Assembly (NCBI GenBank): GCA_964016885.1
Contig: OZ024765.1
Location: 11,098,001 to 11,162,000, forward strand
Reading direction: 5' to 3'
From: Eledone cirrhosa
Taxonomy: Eukaryota
Length of the DNA: 64,000 nt
Within the stretch, counting starts at the first letter, position 1. Each line of letters begins with the position of its first letter. Position numbers and translations under genes: made by a program. Under the pieces are notes generated by a model. The model saw nothing but the letters and a program-made list of their open reading frames with translations, was not told where the DNA came from and searched no databases. Shown here piece by piece: positions 11,935 to 27,169 of the stretch.

Positions 11935-12840
11935 CCTAGTGGTAAAGGTACTGTACTTAGGAGTATAATGTGGTGAGTTTGATTCTGAGGTTGGGTTGTG
12001 TGTTGTGTTTTGCCCAAGAACACAACATTTCACATTGCTCCAGTGGTAAAGGTGCTGTACTTAGGAGCATAATGTGGTGAGTTTGATTCTGGGGTTGGGT
12101 TGAGTGTTGTGTTCTTGAACAAAACACTTCATTTCACATTGCTCCAGTCGCAAAGGTGCTGTACTTAGGAGCATAATGTCATGCGTTTGATTCTGGGGTT
12201 GGGTTGTGTGTTGTGTTTTGCCCAAGAACACAACATTTCACATTGCTCCACTGGTAAAGGTGCTGTACTTAGGAGCATAATGTCATGCGTTTGATTCTGG
12301 GGTTGGGTTGTGTGTTGTGTTTTGCCCAAGAACACAACATTTCACATTGCTCCAGTGGTAAAGGTGCTGTACTTAGGAGCATAATGTGGTGAGTTTGATT
12401 CTGGGGTTGGGTTGTGTGTTGTGTTTTGCCCAAGAACACAACATTTCACATTGCTCCAGTGGCAAAGATGCTGTACTTAGGAGCATAATGTCATGCGGTT
12501 GATTCTGGGGTTGGGTTGTCAACATTTCATGAAGCTCCAGCGGTAAAGATGTTGGACTTAAGGTTATAACGTGGTGTGTTTGATTCTGGGGTTGGGTTGG
12601 GTTGTGTTCTTGAATAAAACACTTCATTTCACTTTGCTCCAGTGGTAAAGGTGCTGGACTTAATATCATAATGTCATGTGTTTGATTCCTGGACTGGGTT
12701 CTGTGTTGTGTTTTGCTCAAGAACACATTTCCTGATGCTCCAGTGGTAAGGGTGCTGGACTTACAATCATAATGTCATGTGTTCAATTCTGGGACTGCGT
12801 TGTGTTTTGTGTTCTTGAGCAAAACACATTTCATGTCACT
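11935..12840 (+). repeat. Tandem array (~105 bp, ~9 copies) of degenerate CORE-like SINE heads
   Basis: Repeated gtggtaaagg...gtttgattct...aagaacacaacatttcacattgctcca. Confidence 0.85.
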
Positions 12841-12849
12841 AATGGTTAA

Positions 12850-14061
12850 CCCTTTAGCATTCATATTACTCTAATATACTATTATATTTTCATGGTAAAG
12901 GCTTTACCTCACATAATACCTCACATAACATTTACATTATTCTATATATACTATTGTATTTTCATGGTAAAGGCTTTACCTCACATAATACCTCACATAA
13001 CATTTACATTACTCTATATATACTATTGTATTTTCATGGTAAAGGCTTTACCTCATATAATATCTCACATAACATTTACATTACTCTATATATACTATTG
13101 TATTTTCACAGTAAAGGCTTTACCTCACATAATCTCACATAACATTTACATTACTCTATATATACTATTATATTTTCACAGTAAAGGCTTTACCTCACAT
13201 AATATCTCACATAACATTTACATTACTCTATATATACTATTGTATTTTCATGGTAAAGGCTTTACCTCACATAATATCTCACATAACATTTACATTACTC
13301 TATATATACTATTATATTTTCACAGTAAAGGCTTTACCTCACATAATATCTCACATAACATTTACATTACTCTATATATACTATTGTATTTTCATGGTAA
13401 AGGCTTTACCTCACATAATATCTCACATAACATTTACATTACTCTATATATACTATTGTATTTTCATGGTAAAGGCTTTACCTCACATAATATCTCACAT
13501 AACATTTATATTACACTATATATACTATTGTATTTTCATGGTAAAGGCTTTACCTCACATAATATCTCACATAGCATTTACATTACTCTATATATACTAT
13601 TATATTTTCATGGTAAAGGCTTTACCTCACATAATATCTCACATAGCATTTACATTACTCTATATATACTATTGTATTTTCACAGTAAAGGCTTTACCTC
13701 ACATAATATCTCACATAACATTTACATTACTCTATATATACTATTGTATTGTCACAGTAAAGGCTTTACCTCACATAATATCTCACATAACATTTACATT
13801 ACTCTATATATACTATTGTATTGTCACAGTAAAGGCTTTACCTCACATAACATTTACATTACTCTATATATACTATTGTATTGTCACAGTAAAGGCTTTA
13901 CCTCACATAATATCTCACATAATATCGAATCTATGAGGTTTTAACAGTATTTATATTGAGAACAATACCTTAACATCAGTTTGGGCGACCAGTTACAGCC
14001 AGTTTCAACAGAAGAAGGTAGAGAATTCTGGCAGGTTTTGGCCGGTTTGAACACGAAAGGG
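12850..14061 (+). mobile_element. piggyBac-type MITE inflated by an internal ~72-bp minisatellite
   Basis: TTAA|ccctttagcatt at 12850 and aaaggg|TTAA at 14061; same internal sequence as 9439-9639, with ~14 tandem copies of the gtaaaggctttacctcacataa unit. Confidence 0.85.
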
Positions 14062-14314
14062 TTAAGGTGTTGGACTTAAGAGAAGGGAGTTCATATACAC
14101 ACATACATCCATGGGTGTGTATATATACAATAGAGAGGGGGGGGGGGGGGTTATGCACACTCACATTCATGGGTGTATATATATATATATATATATATGA
14201 GGGGGGAGGGGTTAACAAACTACAAACCCCTTTCACCAAAATCTCTGGACTTGGGCCAAAGGTAGAAACTTTTTTTTATTTCTATACCAAAACTTGTTTC
14301 TCAACCGATTGTTA

Positions 14315-14318
14315 GTGT

Positions 14319-14356
<38 letters not shown>

Positions 14357-15530
14357 ACAGCAGCAGCATCACCATCATCTTCGGCACTATTACTATCATC
14401 ATCATCATCATGATCATCATCATCACCATTGCCACTATTAGCATCATCACCATCATCAATACAATCATCACCACCATCGTCACCATCATCACCACCACCA
14501 CCATCACCACCATCACCACCATCACCACCATCACCACCATCACCACCATCATCACCATCACTATCACCACCATCATCACCATCATCACCAGAATCACTAC
14601 CATCATCACTATCATCACCATCATCACTATCACTACCATCACCACCATCACCACTATCACTACCATCACCACCATCATCACTACCATCACCACCATCACC
14701 ACTACCATCACCACCACCACCATCACCACCATCATCACTACCACCACCACCATCACCACCACCACCACTATCACCACCATCACCACTATCACCACTATCA
14801 CCACCACCACCACCATCACCACCATCACCACCATCACCACCACCATCATCACCACCACCACCATCACCACCATCATCACCACCATCACCACCATCACCAC
14901 TATCACCACCATCACCACCATCACAACCACCATCACCACCATCATCATCATCACCATCACCACTATCACCACCATCACCACAATCACTACCATCACCACT
15001 ATCACCACCACCACCATCATCACTATTAACACCACCACCATCATCATATTCACTACTATTACTATTATTATTATTAACAGCAGTAGTAGCAGCAGTAGTA
15101 GTAGTAGTAGTGGTAGTATCAGTAGAAGTAGTAGTAGTAGTGGTGATAGTAGTAGTGGTAGTAGTAGTGGTAGTATCAGTAGAAGTAGTAGTAGTAGTGA
15201 TAGTAGTAGTGGTAGTAGTAGTGGTAGTAGTAGTAGTAGTAGTGGTAGCAGTAGTGGTAGTAGTAGTAGTATCAGTAGAAGTAGTAGTAGTAGTAGTGGT
15301 AGTAGTAGTGGTAGTATCAGTAGAAGTAGTAGTAGTAGTGATAGTAGTAGTGGTAGTAGTAGTGGTAGTAGTAGTAGTGGTAGTAGTAGTAGTAGTAGTA
15401 TCAGTAGTAGTAGTAGTAGTGGTAGTAGTATCAGTAGTAGTAGTAGTAGTGGTAGTAGTAGTAGTAGTGGTAGTAGTAGTAGTAGTGGTAATAGTAGTGG
15501 TAGTAGTAGTAGTAGTAGTAGTAGTAGTAT
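14315..15530. repeat. (ACC/ATC)n and (AGT)n microsatellite block
   Basis: Direct inspection. Confidence 0.95.
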
Positions 15531-16054
15531 TTGTTGTTCCTGTGTGTTTATCTTCTTCCTTTGTTACTAATCAATATGTATATAAACTATACACACCTAA
15601 ATTATATATTGTACAATATTACGTCTAAATAGGTGTATATAGTACTACATTATATATCATGTTGTAATCAATAAGTATACATACATGTATACATGCTTAT
15701 ATATACATGTATAGTTATATATGTATATATATGTATGTATATATATAGGAGGGAATGAGAGAGACACACAAGACATTTTTTCCACTTCCAACCCGCCCGT
15801 CCCCTTAATCTATTTTATTTCTCCTTCTTTCTTCTGATGAAGGACTAGCGTCTGAAACGTTAATACCCTCTTCCTGTTATATCAAGCGTTAACCTTTTAC
15901 ATACATATATATTTATATATATATGTATATAAATATACATATATATGTATATAAATATACATATATATGTATATTTATATACATATATATATACATATAT
16001 ATGTATATTTATATACATATATATACATATATATGTATATATATGTAGAAGTTC

Positions 16055-16662
16055 TATTTAAATTGTTGGGATACAACAAGCAAATATTTTTATAACTGAT
16101 ATAAAGCACTCAACAAATTATTGGAGTAAAAATACGATATATTAACAAATGGAAACTATTATTTATAAAACCATAAAGGGCGGTGGATTGGCAGTATCGG
16201 TAGAGGGTCGGACGCCATGCTTTCCAGCATAGTTACGTCCCTTTACGATCTGAGTTCAAATCCCGCCGAGGTTGACTTTGCCTTTCATCCTTACGGGGTC
16301 GATAAAATAAAGTACCAGTAATGCACTGGGTAATTGCTGGCCTTGTGCCTAAAGTAGAAACAATTATTTATAAAACCATATTTATTTCATTATACATATT
16401 TCAAGGACACCAAGTTAAATTATGGTGTGCTTTCATCAGATAAAATATAATATAGATCAGTTTTATAAATAAATATTGACATACCCTTAAAGAATGCGAC
16501 CATTTCTGTTGGAAGCTCCCGGGTATGTCAATATTTATTTATAAAACTGCTCTATATTATATTTTATCTGATGAAAGCACACCATAATTTAACTTGGTGT
16601 CCTTGAAATATGTATAATGAAATAAATATGGTTTTATAAATATAGTTTCCATTTGTTAATAT
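16055..16662. mobile_element. Second copy of the hammerhead-bearing fold-back element; motifs at 16385-16445 (-) and 16562-16622 (+)
   Basis: Near-identical to 10943-11350, with the unpaired extension on the opposite side; one arm is interrupted by a SINE. Confidence 0.9.
16176..16362 (+). mobile_element. ~190-bp tRNA-derived SINE, young subfamily, with TSD
   Basis: A box tggcagtatcgg, B box gagttcaaatcc, central gcctttcatccttacggggtcgataaaat; flanking repeat attatttataaaaccata (16158-16175 and 16363-16380). Confidence 0.9.
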
Positions 16663-16868
16663 ATCGTATGTATATATATATATATGTGTATATATGCTGG
16701 GTTCGTCAACTTCTTATCATATATATATATATATATATATACATATATATACATATATACATATATATACATATATACATATATATATATACATATATAT
16801 ATATACATATATATATATACACACATATATATATATATATATACATATATACATATACATATATACAC

Positions 16869-16921
<53 letters not shown>

Positions 16922-17000
16922 CACACACATATATATATATACACACATATATATATATATACACACACATATATATATATACACACACACATATATATAT

Positions 17001-17062
<62 letters not shown>

Positions 17063-17327
17063 TTATACTTGGGGAGGGTCATATTGTTGTAATAATATTG
17101 CCAGAATTAATAACAGAACACACTCACTGTTTGGTTGGTTTTCGCTTCTGTATCTTTTATATCTCCCCAGTTAATTCATTTTGTCCTCAATGTTTACCAT
17201 TGACTGACCAACGGTCAAAAATACAGATATAATATAGACACAAACACATATATATAGTCTAACAAAGTTCTTTCATTGCACATCTGCAACATTGTCATCT
17301 CTTGTATGGATGTATGTATAGAAATAT

Positions 17328-17855
17328 TTGGGCTGGATACCCGATACACGGTTAAACCAGTGGGAGTGAAGGACCCCTAGCCTTTGTCAGGGCATTCTTC
17401 TAGGAGAAGGGAACTCAGGAAACTGGGATAACTCCGACATAACACCTGTGACTCAGTAGTTACCGATGATGTTGATCTTTTCTTCTTTTCGAGTTATAGC
17501 TACTGTCGCTCAGAGAGTGGGATTGGCTCAGTGCACAGTCTTTCCTCACTTTAAAAAATATCTTCATGCACAGGCATTGCACAATAGAATTAATTAATTG
17601 TTTCTACTTTAGGCACAAGGCCAGCAATTACCCAGTGCATTACTGGTACTTTATTTTATCGACCCCGTAAGGATGAAAGGTTAAGTCAACCTCGGCGGGA
17701 TTTGAACTCAGATCGTAAAGGGACGTAACTATGGTGGAAAACATGGCGTCCGACCTTCTACCGATACTGCTAATCCACCAGAATTAATTAATAATTGTCA
17801 ATAATGTTATATCGTGCAATGGCCATACTCGATGACGAGGGGGCAGCCATCATTA
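17328..17855 (+). mobile_element. Unclassified ~330-bp interspersed repeat interrupted by a SINE; uninterrupted copy at 51478-51808, 3' fragment at 41705-41740
   Basis: Colinear similarity from gggctggatacccgat to acgagggggcagccatc. Confidence 0.8.
17599..17779 (-). mobile_element. Young SINE, same subfamily as 16176
   Basis: Reverse complement of 16180-16365; 13-bp TSD agaattaattaat. Confidence 0.9.
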
Positions 17856-17984
17856 TGTATCTTTGTATATATGTATGTGTGAGTGTATGGATGTATGTAT
17901 AAATGTATGTATGTATATATGCATGTGTGAGTGTATGAATGTATGTGCATATGCATATAGATATGGATGTGTATATGAGATAAC

Positions 17985-19615
17985 AGGGGAATTTCAACTT
18001 GCTTAATTTATTTCTGAGAAATAGCAGCCAAATTTCACTCAAAAACACACTGCACTGTCTTCGAAAAAAAAAAAAGGGCACATTTGTATAATGTAATCAT
18101 AGACTCCCTGTAAATTAGAGAAAATTAAGGGTGGTCCCAACAACAACAACAATACATATGAGATAGCAGTGGAAGTTCTACATGATCTTTTTAATCTGTT
18201 AGAAATAACAGCGAAATTTCACTCGAAACGCATTGCACTGTCTTTGAAAACAAAAAAGGGGGAACATGTTACATAATGTGATCATAGACTCCCTGAGGTT
18301 AAGGGATAGGGAATGACGTGGTCAAAACAACAATAATAATACATATGAGATAGCAAGGGAGCTTCTATGAGGTATTTTTAATCTGTTAGAAATAGCAGCC
18401 AGATTTCACTCAAAAACTCCATTGCACTGCCATAGAAACAAAGGGGACATGCTGCATAATGTGAAAATAAATTCCCTGTAAATAGGAGACAAATAGGGTG
18501 GTCCCACAACAACAACAATGAGGTATCAAAGGAACTTCAATGTGGTCATTTTAATCTGTTAGAAATAGCAGCCAGTTTCACTCAAAAATGCATTGCACGG
18601 CCATAGAAAAAAGGGGATATGTTGCATAATATGATAATAAACTCCCTGAAAATAGGGGACACATAGGGTGGTATCACAACAACAACAACAACAAATTTAT
18701 ATGAGATATCAAGGGAACTTCAATGTGGTCGTTTTATCTCAGAAATAGCAGCCAAATTTCACTCAAAAACGCCATTGCGCTGCCATAGAAAAAGAAGGGG
18801 ACATCATAGATTCAGTGTAGATAGGGGTTGGGGAATGAGGTGGACCCTACAACAACAACAACAACAACGACAACGACGGCAACAAATTTATATGAGATAT
18901 CAACGGAACTTCAATGTGGTCATTTTATCTCAGAAATAGCAGCCGAATTTCACTAAAAAACGCCATTGCGCTGCCATAGAATAAGAAGGGGACATCATAG
19001 ATTCAGTGTAGATAGGGGTTGGGGAATGAGGTGGACCCTACAACAACAACAACGACAACGACGGCAACAAATTTATATGAGATATCAACGAAACTTCAAT
19101 GTGGTCATTTTATCTCAGAAATAGCAGCCAAATTTCACTCAAAAACGCCATTGCGCTGCCATAGAATAAGAAGGGGACATCATAGATTCAGTGTAGATAG
19201 GGGTTGGGGAATGAGGTGGACCCTACAACAACAACAACGACAACGACGGCAACAAATTTATATGAGATATCAACGAAACTTCAATGTGGTCATTTTATCT
19301 AAGAAATAGCAGCCAAATTTCACTCAAAAACGCCATTGCGCTGCCATAGAATAAGAAGGGGACATCATAGATTCAGTGTAGATAGGGGTTGGGGAATGAG
19401 GTGGACCCTACAACAACAACAACGACGGCAACAAATTTATATGAGATATCAACGGAACTTAAATGTGGTCATTTTATCTCAGAAATAGCAGCCAAATTTC
19501 ACTCAAAAACGCCATTGCGCTGTCATAGAATAAGAAGGGGACATCATAGATTCAGTGTAGATATGGGGTTGGGGAATGAGGTGGACCTTACAACAACAAA
19601 AACAGCAACAACAAC
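17985..19615 (+). repeat. ~185-bp tandem array, ~9 copies, each with an (AAC)n tract
   Basis: agaaatagcagccaaatttcactcaaaa recurs; left copies are divergent, right copies nearly identical. Confidence 0.9.
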
Positions 19616-19762
19616 TAGAATGTTGTTTAGAAATCACAGAGCTGAACATTATAAAGTTCTTGGCAGCCGGATAAATATACCATTACACAAGAAATTTGTG
19701 TGCAGATATCGTGAAGTGATTGCGTGATAGAACATTAGAGGGGCTAATATGTACATACATGA

Positions 19763-19828
<66 letters not shown>

Positions 19829-19875
19829 GTGTGGCTATATAAATTTATACATTTATATATATACATGGCTCTGTA

Positions 19876-19909
<34 letters not shown>

Positions 19910-20147
19910 CGTGTACATACATACATACATGATTATGTATGTATGTATATATATATATATATATATATACCCACATATGTATGTATACATTTATATACAT
20001 ACACATGTGGGTATATACATATATATATATACATATATATATATACATATATATATACATATATATATATATATAAATATATATATATATACATACATAC
20101 ATGCATATTCGGGAACAGATTTTCTTTAATATAATATATACACATAT

Positions 20148-20188
<41 letters not shown>

Positions 20189-20302
20189 CATACATGTGTA
20201 TGTATGTACATACACATATACATACATGTGTATGTATGTAGGTATATATAGATGTGTGTGTTTGTGTGTGAGTATTATATTAAAAAAAGCTGTTCCCTAA
20301 TA

Positions 20303-20362
<60 letters not shown>

Positions 20363-20534
20363 TGTATATATGTGTATATAGTATATTAAAGAAAATCTGT
20401 TCCCTAATATGCATGTATGTATATATATATATATATTTATACACATACATATACACACATATGTACATGCATATGTAAATATATATGTCTATAACTTTTT
20501 ACAATTTACACACATATACATGCATATATATATA

Positions 20535-20793
20535 TATATTATATTCAAGATATATATATATATATATTATATTCAAGATATATATATATATTATATTCAA
20601 GATATATATATATATATATTATATTCAAGATATATATATATATATTATATTCAAGATATATATATATATTATATTCAAGATATATATATATATATATTAT
20701 ATACAAGATATATATATATATATCTATTATATTCAAGATATATATATATATATTATATTCAAGATATATATATATATATATATATTATATACA

Positions 20794-20844
<51 letters not shown>

Positions 20845-21420
20845 TCAAGATATATATATATATTATATACAAGATATATATATATATATTATATACAAGA
20901 TATATATATATATTATATACAAGATATATATATATATATTATATTCAAGATATATATATATATTATATACAAGATATATATATATATATTATATTCAAGA
21001 TATATATATATATTATATACAAGATATATATATATATTATATTCAAGATATACATATATATATATATTATAATCAAGATATATATATATAATATACAAGA
21101 TATATATATATTATATACAAGATATATATATATATATTATATACAAGATATATATATATTATATACAAGATATATATATATATTATATACAAGATATATA
21201 TATATATTATATACAAGATATATATATATATATATATATTATATACAAGATATATATATATATTATATACAAGATATATATATATATTATATTCAAGATA
21301 TATATATATATATATATATTATATACAAGATATATATATATATATTATATTCAAGATATATATATATATATATATATTATATACAAGATATATATATATA
21401 TATTATATACAAGATATATT
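20535..21420. repeat. Compound minisatellite ttata(t/c)WCAAGA(TA)n
   Basis: Many caaga cores separated by variable TA runs. Confidence 0.9.
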
Positions 21421-21506
21421 ACCTCCATGTCATCCTATCAGCTCCTCCACCAATGAGCAACATCAGCTCCCTATAATCACATAATTTCCTCTCCTTTGCA
21501 TTGATG

Positions 21507-21546
<40 letters not shown>

Positions 21547-21763
21547 TAAAGATATATATGTACATATATATATACACACACATATATATATGTACATATA
21601 TATATATATATACACACACACATATATATATATGTACATATATACATGTACATATATATATACATATATTTATATATATATATATATATACATTTATATA
21701 TACATTTATATATATATAAACATATACATACACATATATATATATTTGTACACACATATATGC

Positions 21764-21800
<37 letters not shown>

Positions 21801-21955
21801 TATACATATATATATATACAAATAAATATATATATATACACATATATATATACATATATATATATGTATATATACAAATAAATATATATATACATATACA
21901 CACACATACATATATATACATATATATATATATACATATATGTTAATATATATAT

Positions 21956-21988
<33 letters not shown>

Positions 21989-22239
21989 CAAATAAATATA
22001 TATATACATATACACACACATACATATATATACATATATATATATACATATATGTTAATATATATATATAAACATACATATATATATATATATATACAAA
22101 TAAATATATATATACATATACACACACATACATATATATACATATATATATATATATGTTCGGCCGGCCTCTTGTTAATATGGGTGGAGGTTTCTGAGTT
22201 AGTCAGCCAATATACAGGTTTGCACAGGATAGAATACCC

Positions 22240-23310
22240 CCCCCCCTCCCACCACCACCACCACCACCACTGCTACACACACTGCAACCACCACCACCAC
22301 CCCTGCCACCACTGCTACCACACACTGCGACCACCACAACCACCACCAACACACCACCAACGCATCAACATCATCACTAACAACGCAATCACCACCACCA
22401 CCACCAACATCACCACCTCTAACACCACCACTAACACTACCACCGCCACCACCACCAACACCACCACCAGCAGCATCACCACAAACACTACCAACACCAC
22501 CACCTCCACCACAACCACTGTCACCACCACTAACACTACCATCACCACCGCCACCACCACAACCACTGACACCACCACCATCACCACCACCACCACCACC
22601 ACCGACTTCACCACCTCTAACACCACCACTAACACTACCACCGCCACCACCACCACAACCACTGTCACCACCACCACCACCACCACCACCACCACCGACT
22701 TCACCACCTCTAACACCACCACTAACACTACCACCGCCACCACCACCATCACCACAAACACTACCAACACCACCACCACCACAACCACTGTCACCACCAC
22801 TAACACTACCATCACCACCGCCACCACCACAACCACTAACACCACCACCACCACCGTCACCACCACCACCACCACTAACACCACCACCATCACCACAAAC
22901 ACTACCAACACCACCACCACCACAACCACTGACACCACCACCATCACCACAAACACCACCACCACCACCACAACCACTGTCACCACCACTGCCACCACCA
23001 CAACCACTAACACCACCACCACTGACACCACCACCACTGACACCACCGTCACCAACACCACCACCACCACAACCACTAACACCACCACCACTGACACCAC
23101 CACCACTGACACCACCGTCACCAACACCACCACCACCACAACCACTAACACCACCACCACTGACACCACCACCACTGACACCACCGTCACCAACACCACC
23201 ACCACCACAACCACCGCCACCACTGACACCACCAACACCACCACCACTGACACCACCACCACCACCACCACCACCACTAACGCCAACACCACCACCACCA
23301 CCACTAATAC
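22240..23310. repeat. (ACC)n-derived low-complexity repeat
   Basis: Direct inspection. Confidence 0.95.
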
Positions 23311-23762
23311 CATTTTCATTTCCAGATAGTTATCACCAAACAGTTGATTAGTCCATTAAGGGGCATGTCCCTCCTCCCCCTCCCCCACCTCCATATTGGC
23401 ATCAACCCCCTTGTGTGTTGCTTTATTTAGTTATATATTTATTTCTCATTCTCTCTCCCCCCTCTCTCTCAGCCTCATTCTCTCCTTCTCTCTCCCACTC
23501 TCTTATTCTCATTCTCTCCTTTCTACCCCCTCTCATTCTCTCTCCCCCTCTCTCTCAGTCTCATTCTCTCCTTCTCTCTCCCACTCTCTTATTCTCATTC
23601 TACCCCCTCTCATTTTCTCTCCTCTCTCTCCCACTTTCTCACCCCCCTCTCTGTCTAGTTTCCTCCCCCTCCTCCCACCACCACCACAGTCCCTGTGGCT
23701 TTCCTTTTACATGAGATCTTTGCATGTAGTTTCCTTCTTGTGAGATGACAATATGGTGGAGT

Positions 23763-23966
23763 TGGTGGTGTAGTGGCTGTTATGTAATAGAGGTGGTGTA
23801 GTGGCTGTTATGTAATAGAGGTGGTGTAGTGGCTGTTATGTAATAGAGGTGGTGTAGTGGCTGTTATGTAATAGAGGTGGTGTAGTGGCTGTTATGTAAT
23901 AGAGGTGGTGTAGTGGCTGTTATGTAATAGAGGTGGTGTAGTGGCTGTTATGTAATAGAGGTGGTG
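23763..23966. repeat. 28-bp minisatellite, 7 copies
   Basis: Unit ggtggtgtagtggctgttatgtaataga. Confidence 0.95.
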
Positions 23967-24499
23967 TGGTGTGTATTGTGGAAGGGGTGTGTTGTCGTGG
24001 TAGTGGTGGTTATGTAATATTGGTGGTGGTGGTGGTGTGTAGTGGTGGTGGTGGTAGTGTGCAGTGTTGGTGGTGGTGTGTGGTGGTAGTGTGTAGTGGT
24101 GGTGGTGTGTAGTGGTGGTGATGGTGTGCAGTGGTGGTGGTGTGCAGTGGTGGTGGTGTGTAGTGGTGGTGGTGTGTAGTGGTGATGTTGTGCAGTGGTG
24201 GTGGTGTGTAGTAGCGGTGTAATGTATAATAGTAGTTTTGTGATAGTTTATTGGTTAAAATGCTGGTGATGTAGTGGTAGTAGTGCTGTGTTGTGTGGTG
24301 AAGTGGTGTGTTGTGGTGGTGTGTTGTAGTACAGCACCAGGTCAACCCTGATCACACAGATATAGAATCTATAGCCATGTAAAGCTATGTAGCCTAGTAG
24401 TTAGTGTGTTGAACTCACAATCATATAGCTGTGGGTTTAATTACAGGATTAGGTGGCATGTTGTGCTCTTGAACAAAATACTTTACCTCATATTGTTCC

Positions 24500-25245
24500 T
24501 CCTGCCAGGAGATGTGACCTATAGATTGTATCAGTAATGGAAACATTGATTCCTTGGTCTGATCTGATGATCAGCTCCTTTCTTCTGGTAGAAGTTGTGA
24601 CCGACAGATAGTATCAGTAATGGGAAGACCAATGGAAACATTGATTCCTTGGTCTGATCTGATGATCAGCTCCTTTCTTCTGCCAGGTGTTGTGACTGAC
24701 AGATAGTATCAGTAATGGAAAGACCAATGGAAACATTGTTTCCTTGGTCTAATCTGATGATCAGCTCCTTTCTTCTGCCAGGAGTTGTGACAGACAGATA
24801 GTATCAGTAATGGAAAGACCAATGGAAACATTGTTTCCTTGGTCTGATCTGATGACCAGTTCCTTTCTTCTTCCAGGAGTTGTGACTGACAGATAGTATC
24901 AGTAATGGAAAGACCAATGGAAACATTGTTTCCTTGGTCTGATCTGATGATCAGCTCCTTTCTTCTGCCAGGAGTTGTGTCTGACAGATAGTATCAGTAA
25001 TGGAAAGACCAATGGAAACATTGATTCCTTGGTCTAATCTGATGATCAGCTCCTTTCTTCTGCCAGGAGTTGTGACCGACAGATAGTATCAGTAATGGAA
25101 AGACCAATGGAAACATTGTTTCCTTGGTCTGATCTGATGATCAGCTCCTTTCTTCTGCCAGGAGTTGTGACTGACAAAAAGTATCGGCAATAGAAACCTT
25201 ATTTCCTTAGTCTGATCCGCAGATCAGCTCCTTTCTTTTGCCAGT
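24500..25245. repeat. 95-bp tandem repeat, ~8 copies
   Basis: agatagtatc recurs at 24701, 24796, 24891 ... Confidence 0.95.
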
Positions 25246-25437
25246 CAATCCACCACCTTCACCACCCTTACAATAATTATTTCTCACATCGGTACAAGAT
25301 CAACAACTTGAGGGAATGGGGTATGTCAATTATATCGACCCCAGTACTTAACTGGTACTTTATGTAATCGACCTCAGAAGGATGAAAGGTAAAGCTGACC
25401 TTGGCAAGAACATAAATAGTCGTAACTAAATACAGCA

Positions 25438-25940
25438 ATCTCACATAACATTTACATTACTCTATATATACTATTGTATTTTCATGGTAAAGGCTTTACC
25501 TCACATAATAGCTCACATAACATATATATTACTCTATATATACTATTGTATTTTCATGGTAAAGGCTTTACCTCACATAATATCTCACATAACATTTACA
25601 TTACTCTATATATACTATTGTATTTTCATGGTAAAGGCTTTACCTCACATAATATCTCACATAACATTTACATTACTCTATATATACTATTGTATTTTCA
25701 TGGTAAAGGCTTTACCTCACATAATATCTCACATAACATTTACATTACTCTATATATACTATTGTATTTTCATGGTAAAGGCTTTACCTCACATAAAATC
25801 TCACATAATATGAGATTTTGATATTGTTTATTTTAAGAACGATACCTTAACATCAGTATGAGTGGCTAGTTATGGTCGGTTTCAACATAAAGAGGTGAGA
25901 GAATTCTAGTTGGGTACAGCCGGTTTGAATGTTAAAGGGT
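25438..25940 (+). mobile_element. 5'-truncated piggyBac-type MITE with ~5 copies of the same 72-bp unit
   Basis: Ends gccggtttgaatgttaaaggg. Confidence 0.75.
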
Positions 25941-26336
25941 TCATTATCCATGGCAGGTGCTCCTTTTTATTAGGGAACTCAGTAGTTATTTTTTTTTTCT
26001 AATTATTTAGTTTACATAACTCCCTACAATCTCTGTTTATTTACATAGTCCTTAATGTTTTCGTGGGGTGGGGCAGGAGGTCGGGTAGGGTGGAGTGGGG
26101 AGATGGGCCCCAGTTGTCAATAAACAAATCCTGTTATTTTTTTATGTTGATTGCTAAATTTTTAAATTACATTGTTTGTTTCATGTTCTTTCTTTCTTCT
26201 TGTTTTCCCCGACCCCATCTGCCTGGTTGCCCAGGGAGGGGGTGGGGTGAAGATGGGTGTTGTATTTTATTTTGTTTCTTTCAATTTTTTTGGGAGGGAA
26301 TGTTAATCTTAAAACTGGCAACTTTCCCAGGAGTCA

Positions 26337-26385
<49 letters not shown>

Positions 26386-26402
26386 TACATATATTTATAT
26401 AC

Positions 26403-26442
<40 letters not shown>

Positions 26443-26445
26443 ATT

Positions 26446-26503
<58 letters not shown>

Positions 26504-26540
26504 CATGTATATACACACATATATACATATATTTATATAC

Positions 26541-26585
<45 letters not shown>

Positions 26586-26620
26586 AACATATACATATAT
26601 ATTTAAACATATATCTACAC

Positions 26621-26715
<95 letters not shown>

Positions 26716-26809
26716 TACATACATACATAGAAATACATTTTCACCATGGTGGTCTATAGCCTGTCTAGATAAAGGAGAGACGTAATTATTTTTTATCAAC
26801 TTAGATCAC

Positions 26810-27050
26810 CTGCGACCACTGCTTTCATTTGGTCAGAAAGAGCAGACAGTTTTCTTCTGTGTGGTGGCCATGGTGGGAGAAGTTGTGTGGTGGCGATGGT
26901 GGGAGAAGTTGTGTGGTGGCCATGTTGGAAGAGGTTGTGTGGTGAACGAGACTGAAAAGACTGCCAAAGACAGACACATTCTTCTCTAGCCAAACCCTCA
27001 TCGACTTTTTCAAGTTCCACTTGGAAGGTTGGTGAGAGAAGTGCTGTCCC
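26810..27050 (+). mobile_element. Degenerate L1/Tx1-type LINE ORF2 C-terminal fragment
   Basis: AMLEEVVW*TRLKRLPKTDTFFSSQTLIDFFKFHLE; overlaps in motif with the fragment at 57770. Confidence 0.55.
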
Positions 27051-27169
27051 TGACCCACCCCACGCTGTAATTTTGTTAAAAGGTGGGTTAATATAGTGAG
27101 AATGGTTAATTATATGCAAATTAGTATGCCATTTCAGAATACTACATTTGAATTAATACACATTTTTTT

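Noticed and set aside
12892-13944. 350-aa repeat protein
   Set aside because: Reading of the 72-bp minisatellite inside a MITE.
24500-25245. Tandem hammerhead or C/D snoRNA array (ctgatga plus hairpin cagctcct/aggagttg)
   Set aside because: The hairpin is followed by tgact rather than GAAA; the box C/D match is too weak to support.
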